Virus record (IMG/VR): IMGVR_UViG_3300005805_000073
Span: 1-64,000 of that record
Origin: a virus
Taxonomy: Duplodnaviria > Caudoviricetes
DNA: 64,000 nt
Strand: one strand, 5' to 3'
The position numbers and the translations under genes were made by a program. Under the pieces are notes generated by a model. That model had not been told where the DNA came from and did not search any database. It saw nothing but the letters and a program-made list of their open reading frames with translations. Shown here in pieces: positions 37,113-47,451 of the stretch. Position 1 is the stretch's first letter, and every line of letters starts with the position of its first letter.

Positions 37113-38408
37113 CTACTTGATATCAGTTGAAACATCAGCGTCCGTCTTATCCTCACGAAGTTCAAGGAACACTGGCAGAAACAAGCTTGTTTGTCCAGTT
37201 TTCTTATCTTGAATTCTGGCATTGTACTTCACTGCCACCACCTTGCCTACTGTGTTCTTCTTGGTATATTTATCTCGCTGTTCATCCGTGAATCCAGAAC
37301 CCACGTTCACTTTCACCACACCATCAGCCGATGTCAACACCAAGGCACCCAACTTGCCTACATTCTTACCTGTTCCCTCCTGCCAATCCATGCAAAGCAA
37401 ATCACATTCCAATTCACCTTTGAACTTCACTTGATGCTTCACACGCTTGTCTTCCCATCCCTGTGTGATGTCCTTCAGGATGATGCCTTCTTCACCTTTG
37501 TTGAAATATTCCTGAAACAACTCATGAGCTTCATCTTCAGTGTTCACCACACGATTTTCAATCAATGAGATGCGACCAGGCAACACCTGTTGCTGTAGTT
37601 TACCAAAACGTTCCTGATAGGAAGTCTTGTACACACCTTGCTGAAATGCTGAGAAAGGAATAATGTCCCAGATGGTGGCGTGTACCATGGAAGCTTCCAT
37701 AGCAGAGATGGTACCCTTCACAGCCTTGTTCAGGATGCCATTACCCTTCTGACGATTCATGATGCCTTGGCTGTCACGAACCACTAGTTCTCCATCAAAC
37801 ACGCAGGATTCAGACCCTGCCATGAATAGAAATTCTTGTTCCAGATTGCCAAGCAAGTCAATCTGCTTGCCGTTTCTGGAACGAAACTCCACCTTGCCAT
37901 TATCAACAATGGCATTGAATCGCATCCCATCCAGCTTCAATTGTACATAGGCAGGATAGGACATCTTGGTCATCACCTTTTCATCAAAGCCTGATGCCAA
38001 CATCACGGGATAGGTGGGAATCAACCCAGGCCAAATTTTGTTCACTGTGGCCTCAGATACACCACAGCGCAAATCCTTTTCAATGATGCGCTCAATCACC
38101 TTGGCATCGTCGGCAGTGACACTTTCCAAAATGATTTTCAGATGATTGATGGCAGCATTACCTGTGACCATACGCTTGCTGATTTGATTCAGGTTGTCCA
38201 AAGCACTCTCCAACATCATGGTGCTTCTGTTTGTTGAAGTAGGTCCTGGAATATAACTGGGAATCTTTCGAATGTAGAATTGTGTATAGGGATCCAATGC
38301 CAAGAACAACACACGCTGAAGCAGTTGGTTCTTAATATTCTGCTTTAGAATGTGTTCTTTTTCCAAACGACTTGTGGTATTGGCTAGGTCACAAAAAATG
38401 GATTCCAT
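37113..38408 (-). CDS. gp30: ATP-dependent DNA ligase gp30
   Basis: KLDGMR adenylation motif, DGEL, EEGIILK and WEDKR...K.K motifs. Confidence 0.96.
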   Translation of the reverse strand: MESIFCDLANTTSRLEKEHILKQNIKNQLLQRVLFLALDPYTQFYIRKIPSYIPGPTSTNRSTMMLESALDNLNQISKRMVTGNAAINHLKIILESVTADDAKVIERIIEKDLRCGVSEATVNKIWPGLIPTYPVMLASGFDEKVMTKMSYPAYVQLKLDGMRFNAIVDNGKVEFRSRNGKQIDLLGNLEQEFLFMAGSESCVFDGELVVRDSQGIMNRQKGNGILNKAVKGTISAMEASMVHATIWDIIPFSAFQQGVYKTSYQERFGKLQQQVLPGRISLIENRVVNTEDEAHELFQEYFNKGEEGIILKDITQGWEDKRVKHQVKFKGELECDLLCMDWQEGTGKNVGKLGALVLTSADGVVKVNVGSGFTDEQRDKYTKKNTVGKVVAVKYNARIQDKKTGQTSLFLPVFLELREDKTDADVSTDIK

Positions 38409-38432
38409 GATATCCTCCTTGAGATATCATGG

Positions 38433-38461
38433 AATCTAACACCATATATGGTATTTGTCAA
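38433..38461 (-). promoter_or_regulatory. Sigma70-type promoter TTGACA-N17-TAGATT
   Basis: Upstream of ligase, followed by an AAGGAGG RBS. Confidence 0.75.
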
Positions 38462-39561
38462 GTGTTATTTAACAAATGGTGAAAATTGTGTCCAACTGTA
38501 GCACCACTTACAGTTTTTTTATTGTGTATTTTTTGTAGTTCCAAAAGGAATTGTTGATGTTGTTCATGTTCTGGTTCAAATACTGAAATAGCTTTAACAT
38601 GAGCAGAAGAATATGCACCCGTTCCCCAATACACATGTTGTCTATAGTGGATATAAAGTTGAATTTTAGATTTAGAAAAAATATCGTTAAATGTGTGATA
38701 AAAATCTTCCATCTCTTTGTAATTATATTCGCTGACCACCATAGAAACAATAAAGTGTTCTATACTATCTTGTGTGCTTAAATATTGTATGTTGGAAATT
38801 AATCTATCCCAATCTCCGTTCAACCGCGTAATGTTTTCATATGTATCTTTGGTTCCTGCGTCTACACTAATTTCTATTCGTTTGATGAACTTTCTGGCAC
38901 CTAAACTCATCCACATTTTTTCATTTAACAAATTGCCATTTGTAATAATCTGTATTTCTTCTAGTTTAGGATATTTTTTAGGATCAAAATCTATCAGATA
39001 ATTTCTATACAGTTTAGAGTAAAAAGGATCACCGCTTCCAGTTATCATTAAACGTTTCACATTAGCAGCAAATTTTGTTTCAATTTGTTCTAAAAGATAT
39101 TCTTTTCTTTTGTGTGCAAATGAATTTACATCGTCATTCGGCACTTGTTCATTTCTGCATGATGGACATTTTAAGTTACAACTCCTATCGAATCCGAATA
39201 AAATATACTCAGGGAGACCCTGAAAATTCTCAACATCTTCTAAAGAAGTTATATTAAAAGTTTTGAGTGCTTCAGACTTTTCTATGAATTCTATAGGTAC
39301 TTCATCGGTATTAATTAATTTAGATAAAGAAGGACAAACTTTATGGTCGCAGTGACGATAAGTTCCATCTAGTACTGATTTTCTAATATCAGTTACCGTA
39401 GGACCTTGCCAATCTTTTAATAGGTCTTCCTGCATCGGTGGGGCATCGCCCCCTATATTAGTAGGTGCCCAACTAGGACAACATATCCACTGACCTATAG
39501 GTTGAATATCTAGATATGTGAAAGGATTTTTACAGACATACTTTTTTAATTTTTCTGACAT
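38458..39561 (-). CDS. Radical SAM enzyme with N-terminal twitch/SPASM-like Cys cluster (1)
   Basis: CNLKCPSC; N-terminal C.NPF...CCPSW...C...CP; TGSGDPF and TNG motifs. Confidence 0.9.
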   Translation of the reverse strand: MSEKLKKYVCKNPFTYLDIQPIGQWICCPSWAPTNIGGDAPPMQEDLLKDWQGPTVTDIRKSVLDGTYRHCDHKVCPSLSKLINTDEVPIEFIEKSEALKTFNITSLEDVENFQGLPEYILFGFDRSCNLKCPSCRNEQVPNDDVNSFAHKRKEYLLEQIETKFAANVKRLMITGSGDPFYSKLYRNYLIDFDPKKYPKLEEIQIITNGNLLNEKMWMSLGARKFIKRIEISVDAGTKDTYENITRLNGDWDRLISNIQYLSTQDSIEHFIVSMVVSEYNYKEMEDFYHTFNDIFSKSKIQLYIHYRQHVYWGTGAYSSAHVKAISVFEPEHEQHQQFLLELQKIHNKKTVSGATVGHNFHHLLNNT

Positions 39562-40187
39562 TAGAATGCCACCCATTTTCCTGATCCGTAGTGTGGATAT
39601 TTGGATTTATAGGTGTAATGAATTACATCTGCAGGTATCTCTCGTTTTTTGTTCCATGTGGCTTCAGTCGGTGTGTAGGTAGAAACACCATTATCTTCAA
39701 CTATAAAATATAATGGCAAATCAAAATTTCTAGCATACTTATGTACCTCATAGAATATACCAGTCTCAAAACACATATCACCAATAAAGCACCAAACTTT
39801 ATCTGAACTATTTTGTAACTTTAATGATTTTGCTACGCCTAAGGCAATAGGTAAAGTAGCAGTTACAATAGCGGATGAATAGAATTTTTCATCAATATTA
39901 CATAGAGTTATAGACTTCCCTTGCAATATTTCATTCTTAACCCATTCAGAAGATATACCTTTTAACAAAGCATGATAATGTGACCTCCAAGTACTAAAAA
40001 CCCAATCTGAAGGCTTTATACGCTTGAATATTTCGATGAGTTGAGATTCGTTACCATCGGAAAGATGAATAGGACCGCGTATTTGTCCGGCCTCCCAATG
40101 TGCAACTATATCTGTTTCAAACTCCTGCAAATCCTTTTCACTGATGGTTACTTCTCGCACGGATGCATATTGCTCTAGATTAATCAT
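39561..40187 (-). CDS. Truncated TPP-dependent dehydrogenase E1 alpha-like subunit
   Basis: G..HLS.G.E, STWRSHYHALLKG and IGD....G.FYE...LP..F..EDN motifs; only 208 aa. Confidence 0.85.
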   Translation of the reverse strand: MINLEQYASVREVTISEKDLQEFETDIVAHWEAGQIRGPIHLSDGNESQLIEIFKRIKPSDWVFSTWRSHYHALLKGISSEWVKNEILQGKSITLCNIDEKFYSSAIVTATLPIALGVAKSLKLQNSSDKVWCFIGDMCFETGIFYEVHKYARNFDLPLYFIVEDNGVSTYTPTEATWNKKREIPADVIHYTYKSKYPHYGSGKWVAF

Positions 40188-40188
40188 T

Positions 40189-40749
40189 TTACATCTCCAC
40201 TAAAACGTTCTTGTCCCTATTCTGTAATATCGGATTATCGCTGGGCCATTCTATATTGAAACGAGGATCATTCCATTTTACAACTTTTTGCGATGATTCA
40301 TCTACATATTCCCCCTCATAAAATAAATTATAGTGGAAGATGCAATCTGTCAAGGCGTAGTGACCATTTGCAAAACCAGGGGGTATAAGTACTTGGTCTC
40401 TATTCTTTTCAGAAATTATATAGGATTCCCACTTGCCAAAGGTGGGTAATGTTTCTCGCATATCTAGCACCACCAAATATATATCACCCACTAATGCTTG
40501 TACTAGCTTCCATGTTTTAAAATCATAATGAAGCCCTCGAAGAACACCTTTATAAGATTGAGAAAACCGTGAATGAATATTGTCCAAAGATACTAAGGAA
40601 TTTACAGGATGATGTTTGCTATGATAGGTTGTGAATATTTCTCCACGAAATTCTTTATACACAGACGGTGTATATATTGGAACCCATTTATCAAAAGTTT
40701 TTAAATAACTTATGTCATATTCATTCCATTTTCTATTTTTATAATTCAT
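40189..40749 (-). CDS. rmlC: dTDP-4-dehydrorhamnose 3,5-epimerase
   Basis: RGE, GVLRGLHY, KLV, G.IY.V.LD.R, IPPGFANGH and W.DP..NIEWP motifs. Confidence 0.92.
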   Translation of the reverse strand: MNYKNRKWNEYDISYLKTFDKWVPIYTPSVYKEFRGEIFTTYHSKHHPVNSLVSLDNIHSRFSQSYKGVLRGLHYDFKTWKLVQALVGDIYLVVLDMRETLPTFGKWESYIISEKNRDQVLIPPGFANGHYALTDCIFHYNLFYEGEYVDESSQKVVKWNDPRFNIEWPSDNPILQNRDKNVLVEM

Positions 40750-40750
40750 A

Positions 40751-41917
40751 TCACACCTCTGTATATATTTTTTCTGTTGCATTTTTCAATAAATCAAAAT
40801 ACATTATTTTACAGTTATCTTTTGTGAAATTGTTATATTCTTTTTTAAATTCAGACAATTCTCTTTTTTCCATAGAAACAATTTTATCTACAAACTTCTG
40901 TGCATGTACCATTCGCTGTGCAGCATCTTCAATTTGGTCATAATCATGATTCCAAAAATCAAAACGGTATTTCAGTCCTAAATTCTCTAATGCCTGTAAC
41001 ACGTTTGGTTTACCAAGAAACACAAATGGGTGACCAGTAAACGTAGGGCGCATTATTTTTTCAGAAATATGCCCCCATGTCTTGGAAGTATGTAATGTGC
41101 CTCCTCCCATATCAGGAGTTATATGATAAAATCTTGTTTCAGCAACAATTTCAAAGTAGCTATCTAAGTATGATACTAAATTAAAACTATTTCCTCGAAT
41201 ATTGTAGTCATCATATCCTTGATAATCATGGAAATATGGTAACTGCTTTAAAATATCAAAGCTATTAAATTTTTCTTTAAACACGCGCGGAACTAGGTCA
41301 TCAATTATACCTAGGTCATAATCAGGTGCAGTACTCCCCCACATGAAATCATTTAAGTATCCTCTTTGATGTAAAAATTCCAACATCTCAACTTTATGAT
41401 ATCTAGTATGTCCTACATGGTATATACCTTTATACTTTCTTAAAAATTGGTGTTGAGTTCTTTCAATATTACGTAAGGATTCAAAAGATGAATAGTTAAC
41501 ATCATCCACTCCTGTATAATGAAACATTAATGCAGGAAACCAAAAATGATTTTGTCTTTTAGACAATAAATTTCCGCTGATTATTCCGCAGTCTACATCT
41601 ATCAGACTTTCACATGCAAGAAAAAAATCCTCGGATACTTCCTGTAGGTCGTAACCAGATACATCATAAAATATTTTTTTGAATTTTCTATGCTGTAACT
41701 GTTTTTTTAAAGAAGGTAAAATTACATCAAATGACCGCCAATCTGAAAAACCAACAAATAAAGTGGTGTTTTCATCCATTTCAGAGAAATCTACAATTTC
41801 AACATCTGTATATCTTATGAAACAATGCTTTAGTTCAGTAAATTGGTCATGTTCATGCATTAATAACCAATCACCGTTTAATAATTTAAATTTTATGAAG
41901 CAAAGTTTTTTTGTCAT
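40751..41917 (-). CDS. Putative glycosyltransferase (GT10-like TEK motif), paralog 1
   Basis: SYFEIVAET...ISEKIMRP....PFVFLG...L..LG...F; function inferred. Confidence 0.5.
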   Translation of the reverse strand: MTKKLCFIKFKLLNGDWLLMHEHDQFTELKHCFIRYTDVEIVDFSEMDENTTLFVGFSDWRSFDVILPSLKKQLQHRKFKKIFYDVSGYDLQEVSEDFFLACESLIDVDCGIISGNLLSKRQNHFWFPALMFHYTGVDDVNYSSFESLRNIERTQHQFLRKYKGIYHVGHTRYHKVEMLEFLHQRGYLNDFMWGSTAPDYDLGIIDDLVPRVFKEKFNSFDILKQLPYFHDYQGYDDYNIRGNSFNLVSYLDSYFEIVAETRFYHITPDMGGGTLHTSKTWGHISEKIMRPTFTGHPFVFLGKPNVLQALENLGLKYRFDFWNHDYDQIEDAAQRMVHAQKFVDKIVSMEKRELSEFKKEYNNFTKDNCKIMYFDLLKNATEKIYTEV

Positions 41918-43134
41918 CTTAAATATTTTTGTAGATAGGAAAGTTTTATAGGTAGGGAAGTTTTATTATATTTGTGACCAAACTCTATGAAATTACGGAA
42001 ATAATGTAGCGTATTATTTGTATCCATGTTTGTATAATCTTTAGAATTTTTCAAATATTGTATAAAATTTAGGATTTGTTGTTTTAGTTCTCCAGGCAAA
42101 AGTTGCATCATATTTTTTTCTAAATGTTCAATAACTTCTAACCTTATATCAAAATTTATAGCATTTAAATAAAAGGGACCTTCAACAAAACCAAAAGATA
42201 TTTGTCCGTCATCAAATATATAACGTTCCTCAAATAATTTCTTCCGAAATTCAAAAAAATGAAAACAATTCAACACTGAACAGGTGTATTGAATTCTATA
42301 ACTAACATTACCATATATTTTTCCTGCTTCTTGTACTTTTCGAAGGTTGTTACAAAAAACTTTCCAATTGAAATTGGTACGAACATACTCTCCAACTTCT
42401 TCTGCGCCATCACAGGAAACACCAAAATGAACTGTCTTGAAATTTTTTAATAAATCAAAAACTGATTTTCCTTTATGTTCAATGATACTAAGATTTGTAT
42501 TAAAGGTTAAAGTTATTTTATCCTTATTTTCAAGACTTTCTAAAAATTGATACATGGCATCCATATACAGAGGTTCACCGCCAGCAAAATATATCTTTTC
42601 AAGACCTTTCAAATTTTCCTTAGGTATTTCAAATGAAGTTTTTTGAGAAGTATCTAATACAATTTCTGATGATCCTATAAGTTTATTAAACTCCTTTCTC
42701 TCTGATATCCATGCTGTGGAATAGTCAGGCGTACACGTTCTACACTTGAAATTGCATATATTAGAAGGCCTTAAATCTAAGTATACAAAATCAGGTGTTA
42801 TAGATCCATCGCTTTTTGTACTATTTAAAATTTTTTCCTTTAAATGACCGTAATCTTCATTACTTTTAATTCGCTCACTTTTCCCGCCGGATTTTTCCAT
42901 ATCCCAACAATAGGAACAATGAGAATTTTGCACACCGGTTAATAAATCTCGTCTAATTTGTTTATATTCCTCACTGTTAAATGCATCTGTTGTTGATTGA
43001 TGTTCTAGGTTAATATCAGAAATAAAGGTTCTAGAATAACAACAAACTTTTAGCTTATTGTTGGGATATGCATTTAAATGTATAAAAGGAAGGGAACAAA
43101 AAGTATCAGACATAATATAATTCAGGATATTCAA
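41914..43134 (-). CDS. Radical SAM enzyme with N-terminal twitch-like domain (2)
   Basis: FCSLPF...VCC...CSYCW, then CNFKCRTC, FAGGEPL and NTN motifs. Confidence 0.92.
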   Translation of the reverse strand: MNILNYIMSDTFCSLPFIHLNAYPNNKLKVCCYSRTFISDINLEHQSTTDAFNSEEYKQIRRDLLTGVQNSHCSYCWDMEKSGGKSERIKSNEDYGHLKEKILNSTKSDGSITPDFVYLDLRPSNICNFKCRTCTPDYSTAWISERKEFNKLIGSSEIVLDTSQKTSFEIPKENLKGLEKIYFAGGEPLYMDAMYQFLESLENKDKITLTFNTNLSIIEHKGKSVFDLLKNFKTVHFGVSCDGAEEVGEYVRTNFNWKVFCNNLRKVQEAGKIYGNVSYRIQYTCSVLNCFHFFEFRKKLFEERYIFDDGQISFGFVEGPFYLNAINFDIRLEVIEHLEKNMMQLLPGELKQQILNFIQYLKNSKDYTNMDTNNTLHYFRNFIEFGHKYNKTSLPIKLSYLQKYLR

Positions 43135-43639
43135 CTAAACAATGAATTCCTCCCTTTAAGGCTTCTTGATAGCCTAAAACGATATCATCGGATGTTTTTA
43201 AATCATGAAACGTGACATGCTTGCACATGGAACGAAATTCATTAATGTAATTATTTTTATGTTGATGTCCGGGGTCTAAAGGTTTATCGCTACCTTTTCC
43301 TAAACGAATCAATAAATTTATTGGTTTACCTGTCATCAAGCTATACTTGTCCACACTATTAATTAACTGGTTAGACGCTACAATGATGAAGTCCCAGCGA
43401 GGATAAAAGGTAACGACATTTTTACCTGTCATAGCTAATCCTAGCGACATGCCCATTTGAGTTTCTTCCATAACAGGCGTTTCAATCATATTTTCTTTCG
43501 GCACATTTCCTAGAGTAGTACTCATAGGATTTCCGGGATATATAATTTGTTGCCCTACGAAAATAAAATTTTCTTTTGCCAGTAAAGTCATGGCATCAGT
43601 TAAGGAATCTTTATATGGGGTGAAATTTGTATTGCTCAT
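43106..43639 (-). CDS. Truncated E1 beta / transketolase pyrimidine-binding subunit
   Basis: ETPVMEETQMG...GLA..G...V....R.DF...A.NQLIN...GHQH motifs; lacks the C-terminal domain. Confidence 0.85.
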   Translation of the reverse strand: MSNTNFTPYKDSLTDAMTLLAKENFIFVGQQIIYPGNPMSTTLGNVPKENMIETPVMEETQMGMSLGLAMTGKNVVTFYPRWDFIIVASNQLINSVDKYSLMTGKPINLLIRLGKGSDKPLDPGHQHKNNYINEFRSMCKHVTFHDLKTSDDIVLGYQEALKGGIHCLVEYPELYYV

Positions 43640-43640
43640 A

Positions 43641-44579
43641 TTAACGATGTATCCAATTAATGTCCATAGTTGTTACCAAAGATTCAGCTATCAACTCATG
43701 GCATTTTTTTGAAGGATGATGGTCACCTGGACCAATAGAAAAGAACGGATCTGAATCAATTTTCATCTCATTATTCTCTTCCATTAAATGTTCTAATGAT
43801 GTATAGTTTTTTTCATTATAATGAAATGTAACAAATCTATCTCGCATCCATTCATCATTCATAATGTGAGGAACATTTTCTTTAGGCCACGATAATATTC
43901 TGGCCTTAACTCCGCGTTGCTCAAATTTCTGAAGAAAAGACTTCACCATGTTTACAACATTTATACAGTGTCTCTGAAGCAATTCTTCATAGGTTATATT
44001 ATTTTCTAACAAATAGCTTGTGATATATTCTAAATTTTCTTCATCCATCCCATGTTGATGCAAAGTCACTTCCTTTACTGTACCATCCTGATACTTCAAC
44101 ACATATTTGGTTCTTGATGGCATTGTAAACTGATAAGTTATGTATGCAAACTCATCAAAATCATAGTTAGGTTCAGATATGGCGTACATGCTATCTCCCT
44201 GCATGGGACGATGTGACACATCATAATTAGTAAAATATCTGTGATTATGTGGATTAAATACTCGTTCCCAATAATCTATGATGTTAAATTCTGCTCCTCC
44301 GTTATTAGGATGAACCACCTCAAATGTATTTAATTTATTAGCTAATAAACGAGGATATCGCAAGGATTCCATAGCTCGCAGATGAGCATCATTAATTAAA
44401 TGCCTATGAAAATGATTTGGAGGAGGCTCCATGATGGTAGGCAAATTATAATAATAATATAATCCTTGCCCCCATGTGAATGAACACCCCGCAGATACTA
44501 TTCCTCTACGGATTTTAGAATCAGGAAGTTTAAATTTAGTATCTGGGGTTTTACCTGAATAGAATTCTAATGGATGCAT
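43641..44579 (-). CDS. SGNH/GDSL-like hypothetical protein
   Basis: GCSFTWGQG at the N-terminus and D.HPS...HELIA at the C-terminus. Confidence 0.55.
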   Translation of the reverse strand: MHPLEFYSGKTPDTKFKLPDSKIRRGIVSAGCSFTWGQGLYYYYNLPTIMEPPPNHFHRHLINDAHLRAMESLRYPRLLANKLNTFEVVHPNNGGAEFNIIDYWERVFNPHNHRYFTNYDVSHRPMQGDSMYAISEPNYDFDEFAYITYQFTMPSRTKYVLKYQDGTVKEVTLHQHGMDEENLEYITSYLLENNITYEELLQRHCINVVNMVKSFLQKFEQRGVKARILSWPKENVPHIMNDEWMRDRFVTFHYNEKNYTSLEHLMEENNEMKIDSDPFFSIGPGDHHPSKKCHELIAESLVTTMDINWIHR

Positions 44580-44606
44580 AATCTAGTAGTTTGAAGTTTA
44601 TTTTAT

Positions 44607-45665
44607 TTATGACTGTTTGTTAAATTGAGATTTAGGAGACCACATGAATAAATGCTCTCGTATTTCAGGATAATTCATAGGATATTCATTCTCAAAATTT
44701 TTCATAATATCTTGCTGTAGAATAAACAATTGGTTTTTATTATGAAGGAAAATATCTTTGTACTGAGAAGTCAAATCCTGAAGCTCTTCGATTGTCCTAT
44801 GACTCAATTTAATTAACTCCTTTTCAATTGCTAAAATTCTGTCATTGACAGATAGTTCATCATATGTTTCATCTATTAAAGGAGAAAATGTCCTGAATCC
44901 TAAATCTCGTAAACCTCGTAAGGTATTTTTTGATGCAACTATAATAAATGGTTGAGGTATGAGAAATTGTCTAAAAATTTTTTGACTGAAGAAACTATGT
45001 TCTATACCGGTAGTAAATCCATTTCTAGTATACCAGTGCCATTCACCTGTTTCATCAATCACATCCTTAAAAATAGTATCGGTTATGATGTTAACACAGG
45101 TAGATTTATACAGATGCAACAAATGTTCATGATAGGTCCAATTATCATTTAAATTTTCAGAGGGATTTTCAAGAAAATTTTTTTTATTATCCCATACTAT
45201 GGAATAGTAACAATCGTTTAATAAATTTTCACTGTTCAAAAAATTTATTAAATGAGTTCGATGTGGTTTATGTTCCTTATTTAAAAATAAAAATTTTTTC
45301 TCCTTGATAGAAAAATCATGTTCCTTTCGGAATACTGTATCTGCCATGAATACCAACCAAAAAGGACAGAAAACATATTTAAATCCCAACTTCTCTATGA
45401 ATTTTTTGTAAGACGAACTAAAATTTTCTGAAATGATGACAATTTGACCAATGTCTATATTTTCCCATAATAAAAGAGAATGAAGTGTCTGTAAATTTTC
45501 TATGTGCTGAAATGTTAAAGGTTCTCCTCTTTCATGATAGAAAAATTTTTTCCCTTGTTTTAATAAAGGAACAATTTCTTGAAATAATGTTATAATCTCT
45601 TGTTTTGAAGAAAATATTAAAAACGGAGATTTAGATATGATACTATATTGGGTTACCTGATACAT
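44607..45665 (-). CDS. Putative glycosyltransferase (GT10-like), paralog 2
   Basis: FLFLNK...HR...VNIITDT...SQKIFRQF..PQPFII...LR.LGFRTF...DE.YD. Confidence 0.5.
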   Translation of the reverse strand: MYQVTQYSIISKSPFLIFSSKQEIITLFQEIVPLLKQGKKFFYHERGEPLTFQHIENLQTLHSLLLWENIDIGQIVIISENFSSSYKKFIEKLGFKYVFCPFWLVFMADTVFRKEHDFSIKEKKFLFLNKEHKPHRTHLINFLNSENLLNDCYYSIVWDNKKNFLENPSENLNDNWTYHEHLLHLYKSTCVNIITDTIFKDVIDETGEWHWYTRNGFTTGIEHSFFSQKIFRQFLIPQPFIIVASKNTLRGLRDLGFRTFSPLIDETYDELSVNDRILAIEKELIKLSHRTIEELQDLTSQYKDIFLHNKNQLFILQQDIMKNFENEYPMNYPEIREHLFMWSPKSQFNKQS

Positions 45666-46452
45666 CTAAAGCCTCACCCTCAAAATTTATATATCCCTCA
45701 GGACATGCTAATCTAGTAAAAGCTAAATATGACCATCTCTTGAACCCATGCCGCACAGGAAGAACCTCATGCCATACATTATTCTTTGTGAAGTCTATCA
45801 TCACATAAGTCCCACGAACAGGAGGTATTTTTTCAGATATAGGTTCTGTATTTTCAAAATTGTTTGCAGTACATACAAATTCTCCCCCATTCTTTTCACT
45901 CCATTCTTCCTTATTAGTTAGATACACGATAACAGCTGCAATTTTACCAGATGCAGAATGATTTTTAGCTTCTCCTCCGTCCTGATGTTTGCAAATATAA
46001 CATCCTTTATCATCATACATTGTGATGTTATCATTGAAATTTATAATCCAACCTTTCTTCAAATTTTCAGTGGTAAAAATATGTGAATATACGTCATTAC
46101 GTAAAAATCTTTCTACTAAAATTCGTAGATTATTTTTCGGTTCCTCCAATGGCTCTGGGATCGAAATTAATCTATACCATTTTTGATGCCACTGTAAATT
46201 ATTTTTTCGCACAAACATATCTCTTTCTGGTACATCTTGCAGAGGAATTATTGGAGGCATATCCAGGTTATTATGAAAATTTACAATTGGATAAAAGCAA
46301 TCCCAGTGTGATGGTTCATAATCAGGAAAGTTTATAATTGTATCGCAGGTAGCATTAAACCATTCTGAATTATCTGTGAGTTCTTCTATTGAACCCACAT
46401 GAAATCCTGTCTCAAAGAAATTTTTAAGTTGTTCTGATGTAAGCATATACAA
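45643..46452 (-). CDS. 2OG-Fe(II) oxygenase (prolyl-hydroxylase-like)
   Basis: HQD...YL...W....GGE...WHEV..V...R motifs. Confidence 0.85.
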   Translation of the reverse strand: MYMLTSEQLKNFFETGFHVGSIEELTDNSEWFNATCDTIINFPDYEPSHWDCFYPIVNFHNNLDMPPIIPLQDVPERDMFVRKNNLQWHQKWYRLISIPEPLEEPKNNLRILVERFLRNDVYSHIFTTENLKKGWIINFNDNITMYDDKGCYICKHQDGGEAKNHSASGKIAAVIVYLTNKEEWSEKNGGEFVCTANNFENTEPISEKIPPVRGTYVMIDFTKNNVWHEVLPVRHGFKRWSYLAFTRLACPEGYINFEGEALDVSGNPI

Positions 46453-46458
46453 TGCCTC

Positions 46459-47451
46459 TTACGGTGTTGAATTAGGATTAAATTGTCCTTTGTTGTTTTT
46501 ATACCATACTATTGTTTCTTTTAAAGCCTGCTTTAAATCTCTCTTAGGTTTCCAACCTAAAGCATTAATTTTCTTTGAGGATAGCAGTCGTACAGGTATC
46601 ATAGGTGCCTTATTGTTAACATATGAAATAGGATTGATGTTACTATCTAACTCCTTAATCCAACCTAGCACCTCATTCACGCTGAATCCTTCCCCATAAC
46701 ACACATTAAAGATATCATACCGGTCGCAATTTTCAACTACAAAAATAAATCCTTCTGCCATATCTTCAACATGAAGCAAATCTCGCACTTCAGTGCCATC
46801 TCCCCAAATTGGAATTGGATTTAACCCATCAGCAACTTTTCTAATATTGGCAGGCGTCACGTGACACTTTTCATAATCAAACTTATCATTTGGTCCAAAA
46901 GCATTAGAAGGTCTCACAATTAAACATTGCATAGGATCGTGAATTTGATTGGAAAAGAAATCACATAACATTTCACCATATCGCTTTTGCCCACCCACAG
47001 CCTTATATACAGGAACTAAAGGAGTAGCATGTACATTCATATCCTCTACACACCAATCTTCGCCCATATCGGGGTATGTTGTATTAGATGAGATGAATAA
47101 AAACTTGCGCACCTTATTCTTCCAGCTCTGTTCCATTAAATTGACATTCATTTCCACATTAGGAGTTACATGCAATAATGGATTATATTTTGTATCTAAT
47201 GCGTTGGATGTATTGGCAGCACAATGAAACACTACATCAACATTTCTAGAAACTTCCGCACAAAATTCTGCGTCTTGTAAATTTCCTACCATGTGTTCAA
47301 TTGTATCACATCCCTCAAAATCATTTCTTAAATTTCTACTAAATGAAGTGGCTCGTAGGTTGCGATATCCTTTTTGATATAACAGACGCAATAAATGGGA
47401 ACCTATAAATCCACTAGCACCTGTGACTAAAATTTTATCCTCAAAACGCAT
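46459..47451 (-). CDS. NAD-dependent epimerase/reductase (GDP-L-fucose synthase-like)
   Basis: TGASGFIG, ISSNTTYP, RPSNAFGPND.F....HV.PA and WGDG...RD..H motifs. Confidence 0.9.
   Translation of the reverse strand: MRFEDKILVTGASGFIGSHLLRLLYQKGYRNLRATSFSRNLRNDFEGCDTIEHMVGNLQDAEFCAEVSRNVDVVFHCAANTSNALDTKYNPLLHVTPNVEMNVNLMEQSWKNKVRKFLFISSNTTYPDMGEDWCVEDMNVHATPLVPVYKAVGGQKRYGEMLCDFFSNQIHDPMQCLIVRPSNAFGPNDKFDYEKCHVTPANIRKVADGLNPIPIWGDGTEVRDLLHVEDMAEGFIFVVENCDRYDIFNVCYGEGFSVNEVLGWIKELDSNINPISYVNNKAPMIPVRLLSSKKINALGWKPKRDLKQALKETIVWYKNNKGQFNPNSTP

Noticed and set aside
35816-38408. Introns, inteins or homing endonucleases in phoH or ligase
   Set aside because: Both ORFs are uninterrupted, of normal length, and show no splicing or LAGLIDADG/HNH motifs.
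39561-43639. Pyruvate dehydrogenase as a central-carbon auxiliary gene
   Set aside because: The subunits are truncated and separated, E2 and E3 are absent, and the context is nucleotide-sugar biosynthesis.
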